From positions 1 through 54,968 of IMG/VR virus record IMGVR_UViG_3300013005_000003: a stretch of DNA of 54,968 nucleotides; one strand, written 5' to 3'. The notes beneath the pieces are model-generated. The model saw nothing but the letters and a program-made list of their open reading frames with translations. It did no database searches and was not told where the DNA came from. Source of the DNA: a virus. Lineage: Duplodnaviria > Caudoviricetes. The translations under genes and the position numbers were made by a program. Shown here one piece after another: positions 1 to 8,932 of the stretch (position 1 is the stretch's first letter; every line of letters begins with the position of its first letter).

Positions 1-123
1 TTAATCCTCCCTGCGGATGATGCCACGATCAGCAATCTGGCGGATATCTTCGCCGTTCAACGCGGCGACGGATCGGTCGTAGAATCCTTGCCAGATCGGG
101 ATGATCTCTTCGTTCTTGAGGAA
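1..123. repeat. 123-bp direct terminal repeat (copy 1), circular-assembly overlap
   Basis: 1-123 is identical to 54846-54968 and lies inside a CDS end. Confidence 0.97.
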
Positions 124-654
124 CGGGGCGGCCTCCATAAGCGAGGCGTAGAGCAAGGCGTTTGGCGCGTATTCCGTGAACCAGTTCGTTTGAACGTCGT
201 CACCGAGAAGCGGCGGCAGTTCATAATAGATCAGTTCGTAAGGGAACGGGGCGTTCGGTGTAGGCGCGAAGAACCAGTGCGAATAATCATAATCAGCATA
301 AAACCTCGGCGTCCCGGTCAGCGTCTGGTTCGGCCAGTACTGGCGCATATATTCATACGCGCGCGGAAAGACTTCCTGCGTGGTGTTATAGCCGGCGCCC
401 GTGCCAACCCGGATGCTGACGGTTTCGCGCCAGCGGTCGGGCTTGGGGTAGGTAGGCTCTCCCACAGTCATGGTCGATGAGACCACAGTGACGGTACCTT
501 GGATCTTCAGTTCCCGGGCGAGGCGGCGCTCAGCGAGGCCGATCAGGCTGGGAAGCTGGAGGTAGACCGAAGGATCCGTTGCAAGCGTTGCCCCGCGCTC
601 CAGATAGTTCCGGAGGTCGTTCAGCAAGCTGCTATAGGTCATCGCTGTGGCCAT
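1..654 (-). CDS. putative head-tail adaptor protein
   Basis: 217 aa; GTPRFYA, FFAPTP and YAPNALLYASLMEAAPFLK resemble podophage adaptor proteins; stop overlaps the next start (TAATG) across the junction. Confidence 0.65.
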   Translation of the reverse strand: MATAMTYSSLLNDLRNYLERGATLATDPSVYLQLPSLIGLAERRLARELKIQGTVTVVSSTMTVGEPTYPKPDRWRETVSIRVGTGAGYNTTQEVFPRAYEYMRQYWPNQTLTGTPRFYADYDYSHWFFAPTPNAPFPYELIYYELPPLLGDDVQTNWFTEYAPNALLYASLMEAAPFLKNEEIIPIWQGFYDRSVAALNGEDIRQIADRGIIRRED

Positions 655-674
655 GATGCGACCTTATACCACTT

Positions 675-914
675 TCAGGGGGCTACGCCAGCAGGACAAT
701 CTGATTCGCACAAGCAAACCCATTTGCTGTTATGGGCCTCTACCGCCGCTACTGTCTCAGCCGTATCTTTAGTGGCGTCATAGCCAAGTGGCCGGGCAAT
801 CGCGCAGTAGCTATTAACGGGAACGGTCGAAACGGTCGCGCAGCCGCTCATCACGGACAGGGTCAGGCACAGCGACAACCGCCTCACCAAGTTCAATTTG
901 GTGTTTGATGACAT
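675..914 (-). CDS. o-spanin (Rz1-like lipoprotein)
   Basis: hydrophobic stretch and lipobox-like VMSG-C; overlaps the upstream i-spanin candidate; exact start uncertain. Confidence 0.7.
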   Translation of the reverse strand: MSSNTKLNLVRRLSLCLTLSVMSGCATVSTVPVNSYCAIARPLGYDATKDTAETVAAVEAHNSKWVCLCESDCPAGVAP

Positions 915-1026
915 CGTCCATTTCCTTAACCGCTTCCTGACGCCCCTGTGTCTGCAACTTCACGTCCCTCCTGTGGGTAAACAGGCGGTCAAGTAGCGAC
1001 AGCAGGAGCGTTACGAGTTTAATCAC
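814..1026 (-). CDS. i-spanin (Rz-like)
   Basis: N-terminal hydrophobic segment and helical C-terminus, downstream of holin and endolysin. Confidence 0.6.
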   Translation of the reverse strand: MIKLVTLLLSLLDRLFTHRRDVKLQTQGRQEAVKEMDDVIKHQIELGEAVVAVPDPVRDERLRDRFDRSR

Positions 1027-1199
1027 GCGCTGGGCTTTTCCGCCAAGACAATTGCAACCAAGCCAGCAATAGCGGCGATAACTGACGATGCGGCGGCGTA
1101 CAGGTCGCTGGAGACACCAAAGGCCAGCGCGAGGCCCGACAGGCCGGCGTAGGTTGATGGCTCCTTGAGCCGCGTCAGGACGAAGGTTACGATATTCAT
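1023..1199 (-). CDS. holin (58 aa, not in ORF track)
   Basis: hand translation MNIVTFVLTRLKEPSTYAGLSGLALAFGVSSDLYAAASSVIAAIAGLVAIVLAEKPSA; two hydrophobic segments; RLKEPST motif; GAGGAG SD. Confidence 0.8.
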   Translation of the reverse strand: MNIVTFVLTRLKEPSTYAGLSGLALAFGVSSDLYAAASSVIAAIAGLVAIVLAEKPSA

Positions 1200-1200
1200 G

Positions 1201-1641
1201 TCACTCTCCTAATGGGTATTGCTTCCACGGTAATTCAAAGTGCGGGCCGTCCGGAAATGACCGGCTAAGAATCTTCGCTGTTATTGGCCCCTGTATCGCT
1301 GATAGCAGCTTCCAAGTTCCGCCCCACCGTATCGGCACTTTTTCATGGGCGGACGCCGCGCGCATTACGTCTGCCAGACGGTAATAAAGTGGCCAGTCCC
1401 AAGCCACACTGCCACTTATCATTGGCGCCAGATCAACAGCATGCCCGGTCAGGTGCCGAGAATTAAGCACTCTGGTGGCTTTTTCCGCCAGCAATTGCTT
1501 CTGACGATCCAACGTCCGCCACCCTTCCAGAACGGTAAAATCCAGACTGGACATAGCAGCGGCGCGGTGGACGACGCGCACCAGATCTGAATGCACGTCC
1601 GTAAGGCGCGAGATAGACCGGGGACCAAGGACAATGCTCAC
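1201..1641 (-). CDS. endolysin, M15-family (L-Ala-D-Glu-type) peptidase
   Basis: EGxRTxxRQ, SRHLTGHAVDL and DGPHFEL motifs. Confidence 0.92.
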   Translation of the reverse strand: MSIVLGPRSISRLTDVHSDLVRVVHRAAAMSSLDFTVLEGWRTLDRQKQLLAEKATRVLNSRHLTGHAVDLAPMISGSVAWDWPLYYRLADVMRAASAHEKVPIRWGGTWKLLSAIQGPITAKILSRSFPDGPHFELPWKQYPLGE

Positions 1642-1696
1642 TGTTTAACGCCCCTGCGTTTTCCATATCTGAAGACGTAATACCATAGAAGGTCGA

Positions 1697-2743
1697 TCAT
1701 AGGCCAGCCTTTCTGCGCTTGTACGTCAGGAAGGCCGCGCCTTCTTGCACGTCCTCGAACACGCTGACCGCCGGGGCAGCGCCGTCGCGCGGCGTGATGA
1801 CCGTGACCACTGACTGTCCGCTGCGCTGTTCTGCAAACTGACCTTTCAGCGCGTAGTCGTCGGACTCTTTGTAACCCTTGGCGCGCACCAGCGTGTACCG
1901 CCGCCCGCCAGCAAACTCGCCTTGACCGGTGCCAAAAGTATGCTTGTGAAACGCTGCGTAGATGTCGGCATGTTCGTCAATCATTGCCGCCCGCTTCAGG
2001 CCGTGCAGTTCATTGTACATCGAATGGCCTTTGAAGTCGTGCCGCGCCCAGACACGGGTGACGCCGCCGCATGGTGAGATTAATTGTAGCTTGGCGTCCC
2101 AATCGCGCATCCGGATGCGTTCGGTGTTCATGCCTTCAAAAATTCTTTTTCCGTAATTCCATGTGTCGTGGTTGCCCAAAATCCACAGCAACCAATTGAC
2201 GCCTAGATGCTTCAGCGCCCACTCGACCAGTTCCCAGCCTTCTGATACCGTGGCGGACTGTTCGCCATACAAGCGCTCCAACTTGCCGACCCAGTTGTTA
2301 ATTGAGTCCCCGCCGTTTGCGCCATACAGCCCTTCGGTTTCCGCGCAGGTTGTGGCGTCACGCTCAAAGCCGACCAGATCGCAGTACGGATCGTCAAGGT
2401 GCGGATCGCCGAACCAGCAGATGGCGTATGGCCCTTTGATCGGTATCCGCACGGTCTGCCATGCTTGCGCCTGCGCGTGCGCAATCCGCAAGGCGTTGCG
2501 CTTCTTCATCAACGCCAGCCGCTCTGCGAACGGCAGATCAAACGGCGGCAGCGGGTCTGCCTTGGGTCTGTCGAGCGATAAAACAGCGGCTGACCGTTCC
2601 AGATGGCGACGGCAGGCGTTTTGGACAGCCGCTTTACTGACGCCCAGTTTACGCGCTGCGGCGCTTTGGCTGCCAAGAACGGAGGCTAACTCAGCTATCT
2701 TAGCGTCGCCCTTTGGGTCAACGTCATACTGATTGACTGCCAT
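1697..2743 (-). CDS. calcineurin-like metallophosphoesterase with N-terminal HTH
   Basis: GDPH, GGD, GNHD, ARH and FHKH motifs; SQSAAARKLGVSKAAV HTH. Confidence 0.8.
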   Translation of the reverse strand: MAVNQYDVDPKGDAKIAELASVLGSQSAAARKLGVSKAAVQNACRRHLERSAAVLSLDRPKADPLPPFDLPFAERLALMKKRNALRIAHAQAQAWQTVRIPIKGPYAICWFGDPHLDDPYCDLVGFERDATTCAETEGLYGANGGDSINNWVGKLERLYGEQSATVSEGWELVEWALKHLGVNWLLWILGNHDTWNYGKRIFEGMNTERIRMRDWDAKLQLISPCGGVTRVWARHDFKGHSMYNELHGLKRAAMIDEHADIYAAFHKHTFGTGQGEFAGGRRYTLVRAKGYKESDDYALKGQFAEQRSGQSVVTVITPRDGAAPAVSVFEDVQEGAAFLTYKRRKAGL

Positions 2744-2784
2744 AAATCACCTTGTGAAGCAGCCTTTCAGACAGACTGCGGTGG

Positions 2785-2952
2785 TTAGCTAATCTTTAGT
2801 ACGATAGTGAGCAGTAGCATGATGATTGTGCCTGCTGCGCCAATCCCAATGTTTTCAAGGCGTTTCAGACGTGCGCAGATGCCTTCATAGCGAATCGCGC
2901 ATACCTCCTCATGGGTGTTCAGCCGCGCTTGGGTTTCGTCTATTTCAGCCAT
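2785..2952 (-). CDS. small coiled-coil plus C-terminal TM protein (XhlA-like; not in ORF track)
   Basis: hand translation MAEIDETQARLNTHEEVCAIRYEGICARLKRLENIGIGAAGTIIMLLLTIVLKIS. Confidence 0.75.
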   Translation of the reverse strand: MAEIDETQARLNTHEEVCAIRYEGICARLKRLENIGIGAAGTIIMLLLTIVLKIS

Positions 2953-2963
2953 AAATAATTCCG

Positions 2964-3326
2964 CTACTTAAGGTTTCGCAGCTTATAGATGGCGTCGAGG
3001 TAGACCCCCGTCACGTTGTCGATCCGGTTTGCAACGGCGCGGTTGCCTTTGCAGATCTCTTCGTGATGCTCCTCAATCCACTTAGCGTCGGCCTCTAGGC
3101 ACTTCAGGCTATCGCTCATCGTCTGCTCAGGAGCCGGGATGGCGCCGATCAGCGAGAAGGCACCCTGATACGCCTCGACGAGCGGGTCGATGGTGTCGAT
3201 CACGCCGTCATAGAATTCGCCCAGAGCTATGTGCTTGGCATAACTGCCCTCACCCTTGGCGCGCCAATGCTCGAAGTGCGCCAGATTGCGTGCGTAAAAC
3301 ACGCGAGAGATAAGCTCCTCAATCAT
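2964..3326 (-). CDS. ferritin/Dps-like four-helix protein (DUF5856-like)
   Basis: HFEHW, SYAKHIALGEFYD, LVEAYQG and YKLRNL motifs. Confidence 0.75.
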   Translation of the reverse strand: MIEELISRVFYARNLAHFEHWRAKGEGSYAKHIALGEFYDGVIDTIDPLVEAYQGAFSLIGAIPAPEQTMSDSLKCLEADAKWIEEHHEEICKGNRAVANRIDNVTGVYLDAIYKLRNLK

Positions 3327-4021
3327 CAGGCAATCCGCATGGCGGGGCAGATGATGGATGGGATTGCAGGCGCGATGGCGCCGGCTGCGGTAAAATCAAT
3401 CGTTACGTCAACATCTTCCGGCAGCCACATGATTTCAATGTATTGGCCAGCCGTGACAGTGTCAAAAAAGCTTAGGCTGAAGAAGGTGGCGCCGCCGTCA
3501 GCGACTTTTGGAACGTTCACAATTGTGGCCGAGTTCGCAATATTGGTACCATTTTTGCGGAACCAGACGGTTGCGTCGTGATCGGCAGCGTCGGTGTTTT
3601 TAAACTGAATTGACGGCGAAAGCATGTACGTGCCAGCGACAGCAAACGTAATCTGCGTGCTGGCAACGACGCTGATGCCCGTACCGGTCAGGTCAGTATT
3701 AAACGTCACAGCGGTTGCCGCTGCTACGTTGCCCGTCTGATCCGTTAGGCTCGAAGGCTGAGCAAACGCGCGCCCTGCCAGATCGGCGTATGGCACAGTT
3801 GCAGCCGCCGTAAATGCGGACGTGCCGTTGCCCTTGACGTACCCTGTGAGCGTTGCCGCGCCGGTACCACCCGTGGCGACAGTGCGGACGTTCGTTGCCG
3901 TCGCCGCAATGTCAGAGGCTGCCACCTTGCGGCTAAAGCTGCTCTGGACGATCTCCAGCAGTTCGGTCCCCGCGAGCGGGGTGGTGGCTGCTGTAAGGTC
4001 AGGGATCTTTACGTTAGCCAT
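3326..4021 (-). CDS. virion structural / short fibre-like protein
   Basis: KIPDL..ATTPLAGTE N-terminus, VATGGTGAATLTG repeat shared with the tail fibres, beta-rich C-terminus. Confidence 0.6.
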   Translation of the reverse strand: MANVKIPDLTAATTPLAGTELLEIVQSSFSRKVAASDIAATATNVRTVATGGTGAATLTGYVKGNGTSAFTAAATVPYADLAGRAFAQPSSLTDQTGNVAAATAVTFNTDLTGTGISVVASTQITFAVAGTYMLSPSIQFKNTDAADHDATVWFRKNGTNIANSATIVNVPKVADGGATFFSLSFFDTVTAGQYIEIMWLPEDVDVTIDFTAAGAIAPAIPSIICPAMRIA

Positions 4022-4371
4022 TATGCCAATCCGTATAGCTGATTCAGGTAAAGCGAGAAAGCGTTAGCAGCGACTTCCTGAGCATCCGTCTGTGCGTCCT
4101 GAGAGTCTGGACGCGGATTCCTCACTGGCACGGGATCAGGACGCAGGAGCAGGCGGCTGAAATACGGCTGCGGAACATCGTCGCACGAAGCGCAGACGTA
4201 GAGCTTCAGACCCACTGGGGTCGAGCCGCCGCGATAGTCCTTCTTCTCCCGAAGGTGAGTGTGCTGCACGAGGAAGCCGCAGCCATCGCATATCGCAATA
4301 GCTCTCGGATTCTTCGCGTCGAACTCGGGCCCAGTCCGATGCTTCTTTCCCCGTCCATATGCGTACTGCAT
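4021..4371 (-). CDS. conserved phage protein with two CxxC motifs
   Basis: AICDGCGF and VCASCDDVPQP; coupled to neighbours. Confidence 0.7.
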   Translation of the reverse strand: MQYAYGRGKKHRTGPEFDAKNPRAIAICDGCGFLVQHTHLREKKDYRGGSTPVGLKLYVCASCDDVPQPYFSRLLLRPDPVPVRNPRPDSQDAQTDAQEVAANAFSLYLNQLYGLA

Positions 4372-5057
4372 CAGTAGCCTCCGGTGGGATCAATGGTGAT
4401 GCGAAGCGGAACGCGCTCACGATCTTCGGCAGCGGCACGAGCGTAGGCGCCGTCAGCAAGTTCCTGCAGGAACGATAGGCGATCAGGCGCAAACTTAACG
4501 GACAGCTTCGCAGCCAGTCCGGCGGCAATGGCTTCCATCCAGCGGTTCGGAGCGTCCATGCTATCCGTGAATGCGCCTGCGTCCTCTTGGATCTTCATGC
4601 GGTGATAGAAGAGCGTGACGCCCGCGCTCTGCGGCGCCTGCCAGATGTAGATGCGAGGCGTGATGGTGCGCTCAAAATAATACTGGAACGGGCGCTGACC
4701 CAGCTGCGCCTTATTCGGGATGGCATCGTATTCAGCGCGGCTGATCGGCGACATCATAAGGTCAGTGGCCTGAGCGCCTGACATCGTGCGCGTATAGACC
4801 TGAAGCAGCGAGACCGTGCGTGGCTGCAGATCGTAGTAGAGCGTGCCCGGAGTGAGCACAATCGACTGCAGATCCACGGCCCACAGGTTTGGGCCGTTGT
4901 TCGCCCAGTCGGAGAACATGTAGTTGATCGAGCGACGGGCGCTGTCGATGTCGTTGGAGCTCAGCGACGAAGGGTTCCGCCCCACGCGCTCGTAGGCTTC
5001 CGTGATGATATCGATCTGTTCGGTGTTCCCGAACGTGTATGTCCCCGAAGTGGTCAT
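4371..5057 (-). CDS. putative head completion/adaptor protein
   Basis: 228 aa; SARRSINYMFSDWANNGPNLW, ISRAEY and RPFQYY; position in structural block. Confidence 0.6.
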   Translation of the reverse strand: MTTSGTYTFGNTEQIDIITEAYERVGRNPSSLSSNDIDSARRSINYMFSDWANNGPNLWAVDLQSIVLTPGTLYYDLQPRTVSLLQVYTRTMSGAQATDLMMSPISRAEYDAIPNKAQLGQRPFQYYFERTITPRIYIWQAPQSAGVTLFYHRMKIQEDAGAFTDSMDAPNRWMEAIAAGLAAKLSVKFAPDRLSFLQELADGAYARAAAEDRERVPLRITIDPTGGY

Positions 5058-5293
5058 CGGAACCTCGCCGCCTTTTTGGCGATGGCTTTGGGCTGAGCGA
5101 CAAACTGCTTACCCGCCTTTTTGCCTTCGCGCTTGGCCTTAGTCGTAGCAGCATATTCGCTCGGAGTCAGCGATTTAATCGCCGCCGCGGGGAGATACCG
5201 CTCGCCAGTCTTGCTCGACGGCTTGCCGGACTTCGTCGTCCACTTCTGATCGGTCCAGTCCTTGAGAGACTGCTGGGGCTTTCTAATCGGCAT
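5054..5293 (-). CDS. small basic protein (DUF5872-like)
   Basis: Lys-rich; QQSLKDWTDQKWTTKSGK..GERYLP. Confidence 0.7.
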   Translation of the reverse strand: MPIRKPQQSLKDWTDQKWTTKSGKPSSKTGERYLPAAAIKSLTPSEYAATTKAKREGKKAGKQFVAQPKAIAKKAARFR

Positions 5294-5471
5294 AACCGCC
5301 GCCTTTGGCTTTATATTCCTTGGCCAAAAGCTGCGCCTTGCGCGCGGACCATTGCCCCGCCTTGGTGCCGTGGGTCTCTCGGCCCTTGATGCTGTTAAAC
5401 AAACGCTCGCGGAGGCCGGGCTTGGTGTAGTTCCCGGCCTCGTTCACACGCGATTGTTTGCGGCCACGCAT
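5283..5471 (-). CDS. small basic protein
   Basis: NYTKPGLR, GQWSARKAQLLAKEYKAKGGGY. Confidence 0.7.
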   Translation of the reverse strand: MRGRKQSRVNEAGNYTKPGLRERLFNSIKGRETHGTKAGQWSARKAQLLAKEYKAKGGGYAD

Positions 5472-5659
5472 TACTTGCCTTTGACCTTCGGCTTAGCGAC
5501 AGGGGCAGCAGCGGGTGCAGGCGCCGGAGCGGGGGCAGCCGGGGCCGTAAAGCCGAGCATGTCCTGCAGCTGCTCGTCCGTCAGGGCTTCCCACTCAGCA
5601 GCGGCCATAGCCACTTCCTGACGTTCTCCCTTGGCGTTCTGATATGCGCGAGTGATCAT
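5471..5659 (-). CDS. hypothetical protein, Ala/Pro-rich tail
   Basis: GGGAG SD; TAATG coupling to the next gene. Confidence 0.65.
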   Translation of the reverse strand: MITRAYQNAKGERQEVAMAAAEWEALTDEQLQDMLGFTAPAAPAPAPAPAAAPVAKPKVKGK

Positions 5660-5670
5660 GATAAGCTCCC

Positions 5671-6075
5671 TCAGTTGTAGTATTTGGTCATCTCAAGGAT
5701 GAGCGTGTAAGTATCGCCAGAAGATGCGTCAGCAGTACTTAGCAAAATATTCCCGGTTTTCCCAGCGCCAGCGTTGTTGCGAAGACCGCCGAAATTTGAC
5801 AAGTCGAATGTTGCTTGATTATTCTGGGCCGATCCAAAGAAAAACACGTTACTGGTCGCACCCCAGAAAAGACGAAACTCCATCCCGTGACATGCCGTGT
5901 GAATTTTTTGAACACTCACGCCCGTGCAGGCTTGGCCAAGAGCGTTGGCTGCGAGGTTAGCGACGTTAACCTTGGTCACGAGCGATTCGCCCGTAGCATC
6001 TGAAATGTTTGTGAACAGCATAACAGCGGTTGTCTGATTATCGACCAGCGTCTGAGAGGTTACTGCATCAGCCAT
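5671..6075 (-). CDS. putative virion structural protein
   Basis: 134 aa, beta-rich; MADAVTSQT..GDTYTLILEM; within head module. Confidence 0.6.
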   Translation of the reverse strand: MADAVTSQTLVDNQTTAVMLFTNISDATGESLVTKVNVANLAANALGQACTGVSVQKIHTACHGMEFRLFWGATSNVFFFGSAQNNQATFDLSNFGGLRNNAGAGKTGNILLSTADASSGDTYTLILEMTKYYN

Positions 6076-6254
6076 TATTTCATTCCTTTAAGTGTCATGG
6101 CAAAGCGAGCGCGCTGACCCAGCTTACCGGGCGCTTTTGCGGCGGCTTCGAGCTTACCTGCAGGGATCGGCATGCCAGCCTTTGCCCCGAGTTGTTTGCG
6201 GAGGGCGCCGGGCTTTTTAATGGCTTCGGCGATGAAGTTCTTCTTACCACGCAT
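6075..6254 (-). CDS. small basic protein (59 aa, not in ORF track)
   Basis: hand translation MRGKKNFIAEAIKKPGALRKQLGAKAGMPIPAGKLEAAAKAPGKLGQRARFAMTLKGMK; fills the gap exactly, TAATG overlap. Confidence 0.8.
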   Translation of the reverse strand: MRGKKNFIAEAIKKPGALRKQLGAKAGMPIPAGKLEAAAKAPGKLGQRARFAMTLKGMK

Positions 6255-6255
6255 G

Positions 6256-6501
6256 TCAGCAGTTCCACGCTTTGCGGGCGAGCCGCAGCCGAGAGTTAGG
6301 ATCCTTAGCAGCCTTCGGAAACATCTTCATCTGGCCAGCAGAGCGGGCGCAGTAGCTATCGCGACGAGAACCACCTTCCGGTTGCGGACGCTTCAGATTA
6401 CTCCCAGTGGCAGCATTGTAAGCCTTTCGGCCAGCCTCGTTGAGACCGCCCTTCGGGTTCTTATGCTTAGCCTTGAACTGGAAGTCTTTCTTCGCGCGCA
6501 T
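6256..6501 (-). CDS. small basic protein (DUF6321-like)
   Basis: KNPKGGLNEAGR..SYCARS..KDPNSRL..WNC; start moved to the ATG after a GGAG SD. Confidence 0.7.
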   Translation of the reverse strand: MRAKKDFQFKAKHKNPKGGLNEAGRKAYNAATGSNLKRPQPEGGSRRDSYCARSAGQMKMFPKAAKDPNSRLRLARKAWNC

Positions 6502-6519
6502 CCCGGTCTCCATATAACT

Positions 6520-6541
6520 GGGGCGACCCGAAGGCCGCCCC
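6520..6541 (-). terminator. C(UUCG)G stem-loop downstream of 6547-7212
   Basis: GGGGCGGCC-TTCG-GGTCGCCCC; no U-tract, so it may be a stabiliser rather than a terminator. Confidence 0.5.
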
Positions 6542-6546
6542 AATCA

Positions 6547-7212
6547 TTAGGCTTGAGTGACGCCGTAAAGGCCAGTCTGAGTATCGTCATCAAGGACAAA
6601 CACCCAGAGCGTCAGGCGCTTCGTGCCATCAGCAGCGTCAGCGGGAGCAAAAGTACCGCGAACGTCGCCGGTGGTGGTCGTAGCAGGGCTTGTCGTAACA
6701 GCTGCTGTAAACGTGCCGGTTGTGACAAACGCGCCACCCCAAGCGGTCAGCACGTAGTTACGGCTGTCCGCACGGATCGGAAGACCGAAGACGTCACCAG
6801 TGCCAACGAAGAAATCGGTGGCAGCAGCGGATGCCGCGATGCTGGTAATCGTCTTGAAAGCCTTCTTACCGGCAACAGCAGTCGTGCCGTTCAGGGTGAT
6901 CGCTTCCGACATTGGGATACCGTAGACGTCAGTGCCCGTGATGGTCAGCACAGCCGTAGCAGCGCCAGCAGCGTCGACAACGACGTTCCGGGGAACGTCG
7001 AGGGTGACGGTGCCCCCCGAAGCCAAGGCGCCGTTCAGCGTAGCGTTGCCAGCCGCAGCCAGCGTCTGTTGAGCGCAGATGCCGTCGGCGTCCAGCGTAG
7101 CCGGAACCACGTCATAGACGTTGATCGGCGACATGAAGACGCCGGGCTGATTAGCGGTGCCGTTGTTGGCGAAGTTCCTGCCTGCCCGAACGCCGTCAGA
7201 GAAATGAGTCAT
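6547..7212 (-). CDS. putative capsid decoration/minor head protein
   Basis: 221 aa, Ala/Thr/Gly beta-rich, directly after MCP. Confidence 0.55.
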   Translation of the reverse strand: MTHFSDGVRAGRNFANNGTANQPGVFMSPINVYDVVPATLDADGICAQQTLAAAGNATLNGALASGGTVTLDVPRNVVVDAAGAATAVLTITGTDVYGIPMSEAITLNGTTAVAGKKAFKTITSIAASAAATDFFVGTGDVFGLPIRADSRNYVLTAWGGAFVTTGTFTAAVTTSPATTTTGDVRGTFAPADAADGTKRLTLWVFVLDDDTQTGLYGVTQA

Positions 7213-7231
7213 GAGTTTTCTCCATAGCTAA

Positions 7232-7253
7232 GGGTGGGGCCGAAGCCCCACCC
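7232..7253 (-). terminator. C(UUCG)G stem-loop after MCP
   Basis: perfect GGGTGGGGC-TTCG-GCCCCACCC; weak U-tract. Confidence 0.55.
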
Positions 7254-7260
7254 CCGGGAT

Positions 7261-8166
7261 TTAGGAAGCGCCCTGCGAACCCCAGCCTGCGCGGAAGTTC
7301 GAGCAGCCGAACGAGTAACGCTCAATGGCCTTCGCCTTGAGGTTGTCGGTGTCGAAGTCCGTGTAGACGTCGGTTTCCAGCTTTTCACGCTCGTAGTACT
7401 TGAAGCCGTTCGGAGCGTCGGTCAGCAAGAACCAGCCGTTCGTGTCGGTCAGGAACATGTTAACGCGATGACCCTGCGGAACCGCAGAGTTGTTGTAAAT
7501 CGCGTTAATGTCGTTGTTCGCCGTGTCGACGCGGAACTGCGACTGGAGCAGGCGGGTAGCCGTCCACTGCAGTTCAGCCGGAACGATCAGCTTCGTCGGC
7601 TTCGTCATGATGCGGAGGCCCGCAGCATCACGGAAGCGCTGAACGCCAACGATGGCGTCCTGAAGCGAGGTTTCGTTCAGGTCGGCTTGGACCGAGAAGG
7701 TGTTCGCGACCGTACCGTTGTCGATGGGGTGAGCCGTCGAGAACAGCGGCTGGCCATCACCAATCGGGAAGTTCGACGAGAAGCCGTTGTTCAGAACGGA
7801 CGCGCCGAGAACTTCCTTGGTCTGTTCCATCGACTGGCGAAGAGCCTTCGCCTGCAGCGGGAACGACGACTGATACAGGTTATCCTTGATAGCCTGACGG
7901 GTGATGATGAAGCCGATGCTGGTGTAGCGGTTCACGTAGTTCGTGACGAACCGCTGACCCATTTCACCGTAGGCGGTCGAGGCGCCTTCAGCCTTGATCT
8001 GAGCCAGACCAAGCAGCTTGACTTCGACTTCGATTTCAACGGCCTTATCGGACGTGTGCTTCTCGAAGATTTCCGACCACTGACCCGGATACATGGGATA
8101 GTCGCCAAAAACGGCGGCCAAACCGGGCCGGAGCAGGTCGCGGATTGCGGTAGTGTTAATAGCCAT
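7261..8166 (-). CDS. major capsid protein (HK97 fold, Mu gpT-like family)
   Basis: 301 aa; LLRPGLAAVFG, GDGQPLFSTAHP, KLIVPAEL and FDTDNLKAKAIERYSFG; strongly biased codon use. Confidence 0.9.
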   Translation of the reverse strand: MAINTTAIRDLLRPGLAAVFGDYPMYPGQWSEIFEKHTSDKAVEIEVEVKLLGLAQIKAEGASTAYGEMGQRFVTNYVNRYTSIGFIITRQAIKDNLYQSSFPLQAKALRQSMEQTKEVLGASVLNNGFSSNFPIGDGQPLFSTAHPIDNGTVANTFSVQADLNETSLQDAIVGVQRFRDAAGLRIMTKPTKLIVPAELQWTATRLLQSQFRVDTANNDINAIYNNSAVPQGHRVNMFLTDTNGWFLLTDAPNGFKYYEREKLETDVYTDFDTDNLKAKAIERYSFGCSNFRAGWGSQGAS

Positions 8167-8190
8167 TTTTCAAATCTCCTGCTGGACCGA

Positions 8191-8787
8191 TCAGAGGCCA
8201 GTCACCCCACCCCGATAGAGGTGGTTGTTGATGACAACGAGCCAGTTCGCGAAGTTTCCAATGGCGTTACCCGGGGTCGGGTCCAGCTGCAGGATCTTCA
8301 GGTTCAGCGTCGAGGTTGCAGCTTCAGTCGAGTTGTCGAGCGACACGGCTGAAGTACCCGTTGCGGTAGAACCGGCGGTGTACAGGAAGTTCGCGTTCAG
8401 ACCACGATCAGCAAGGGCCAACGGGGTGCCCGCAGCGCCAGAAGCATTCGTTTCCTGAATGGTGAACACGGTGTTCGGATCGTCGATCACGAGAGCTTCA
8501 ACGACCGAACCGGTGAGAACACCGGGGTTACCCGGCCAGTAGTTCTCGAAACGGACGCGGCCAGTGCTGTCGATGAACTTGACGCCCCAGAAAACGCCAA
8601 TAGTGGTTGCACCCGCGACGCCCACGCCAAGCGTGCCATCGGAGAGAGTGGTGACGGGATCGCCACGGAAGAGTGCGGTCGCGTAAGCGTTAGCAATCTG
8701 ATACGGATTAGTCGCGCCAGTCCAAGCAGAGCCATCCAGCTTCTTGACGGGGACGAGCCCCTGAGGCGCATTGGTACCGTAAGCCAT
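8191..8787 (-). CDS. putative capsid-associated protein upstream of MCP
   Basis: start reassigned to MAYGTNAPQGL after a GGAGA SD; FRGDPV, GVFWG and DDPN motifs. Confidence 0.7.
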   Translation of the reverse strand: MAYGTNAPQGLVPVKKLDGSAWTGATNPYQIANAYATALFRGDPVTTLSDGTLGVGVAGATTIGVFWGVKFIDSTGRVRFENYWPGNPGVLTGSVVEALVIDDPNTVFTIQETNASGAAGTPLALADRGLNANFLYTAGSTATGTSAVSLDNSTEAATSTLNLKILQLDPTPGNAIGNFANWLVVINNHLYRGGVTGL

Positions 8788-8822
8788 ACGGATTCTCCAT
8801 GCTGAAGTTGAGGGTTGGTTTC

Positions 8823-8917
8823 TGCCGGTACGTAACGGCAATCGTTTTTTTGCTACGATACGTGACGTAGCCTCGAAGTGAGCCTGCCATGCTCAGGGAC
8901 CACGGTACGTGACGTGG
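8823..8917 (-). promoter_or_regulatory. structured leader: three hairpins with shared loop UYACGUAY plus a fourth hairpin
   Basis: hairpins at 8823-8840, 8852-8871 and 8900-8917 have different perfect stems and a conserved 8-nt loop; fourth hairpin at 8879-8895. Confidence 0.75.
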
Positions 8918-8932
8918 CGTCGATGTAGATGT

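Noticed and set aside
6172-8352. Plus-strand 351-aa and 372-aa ORFs
   Set aside because: Antisense to MCP and its neighbours, which have clear phage motifs.
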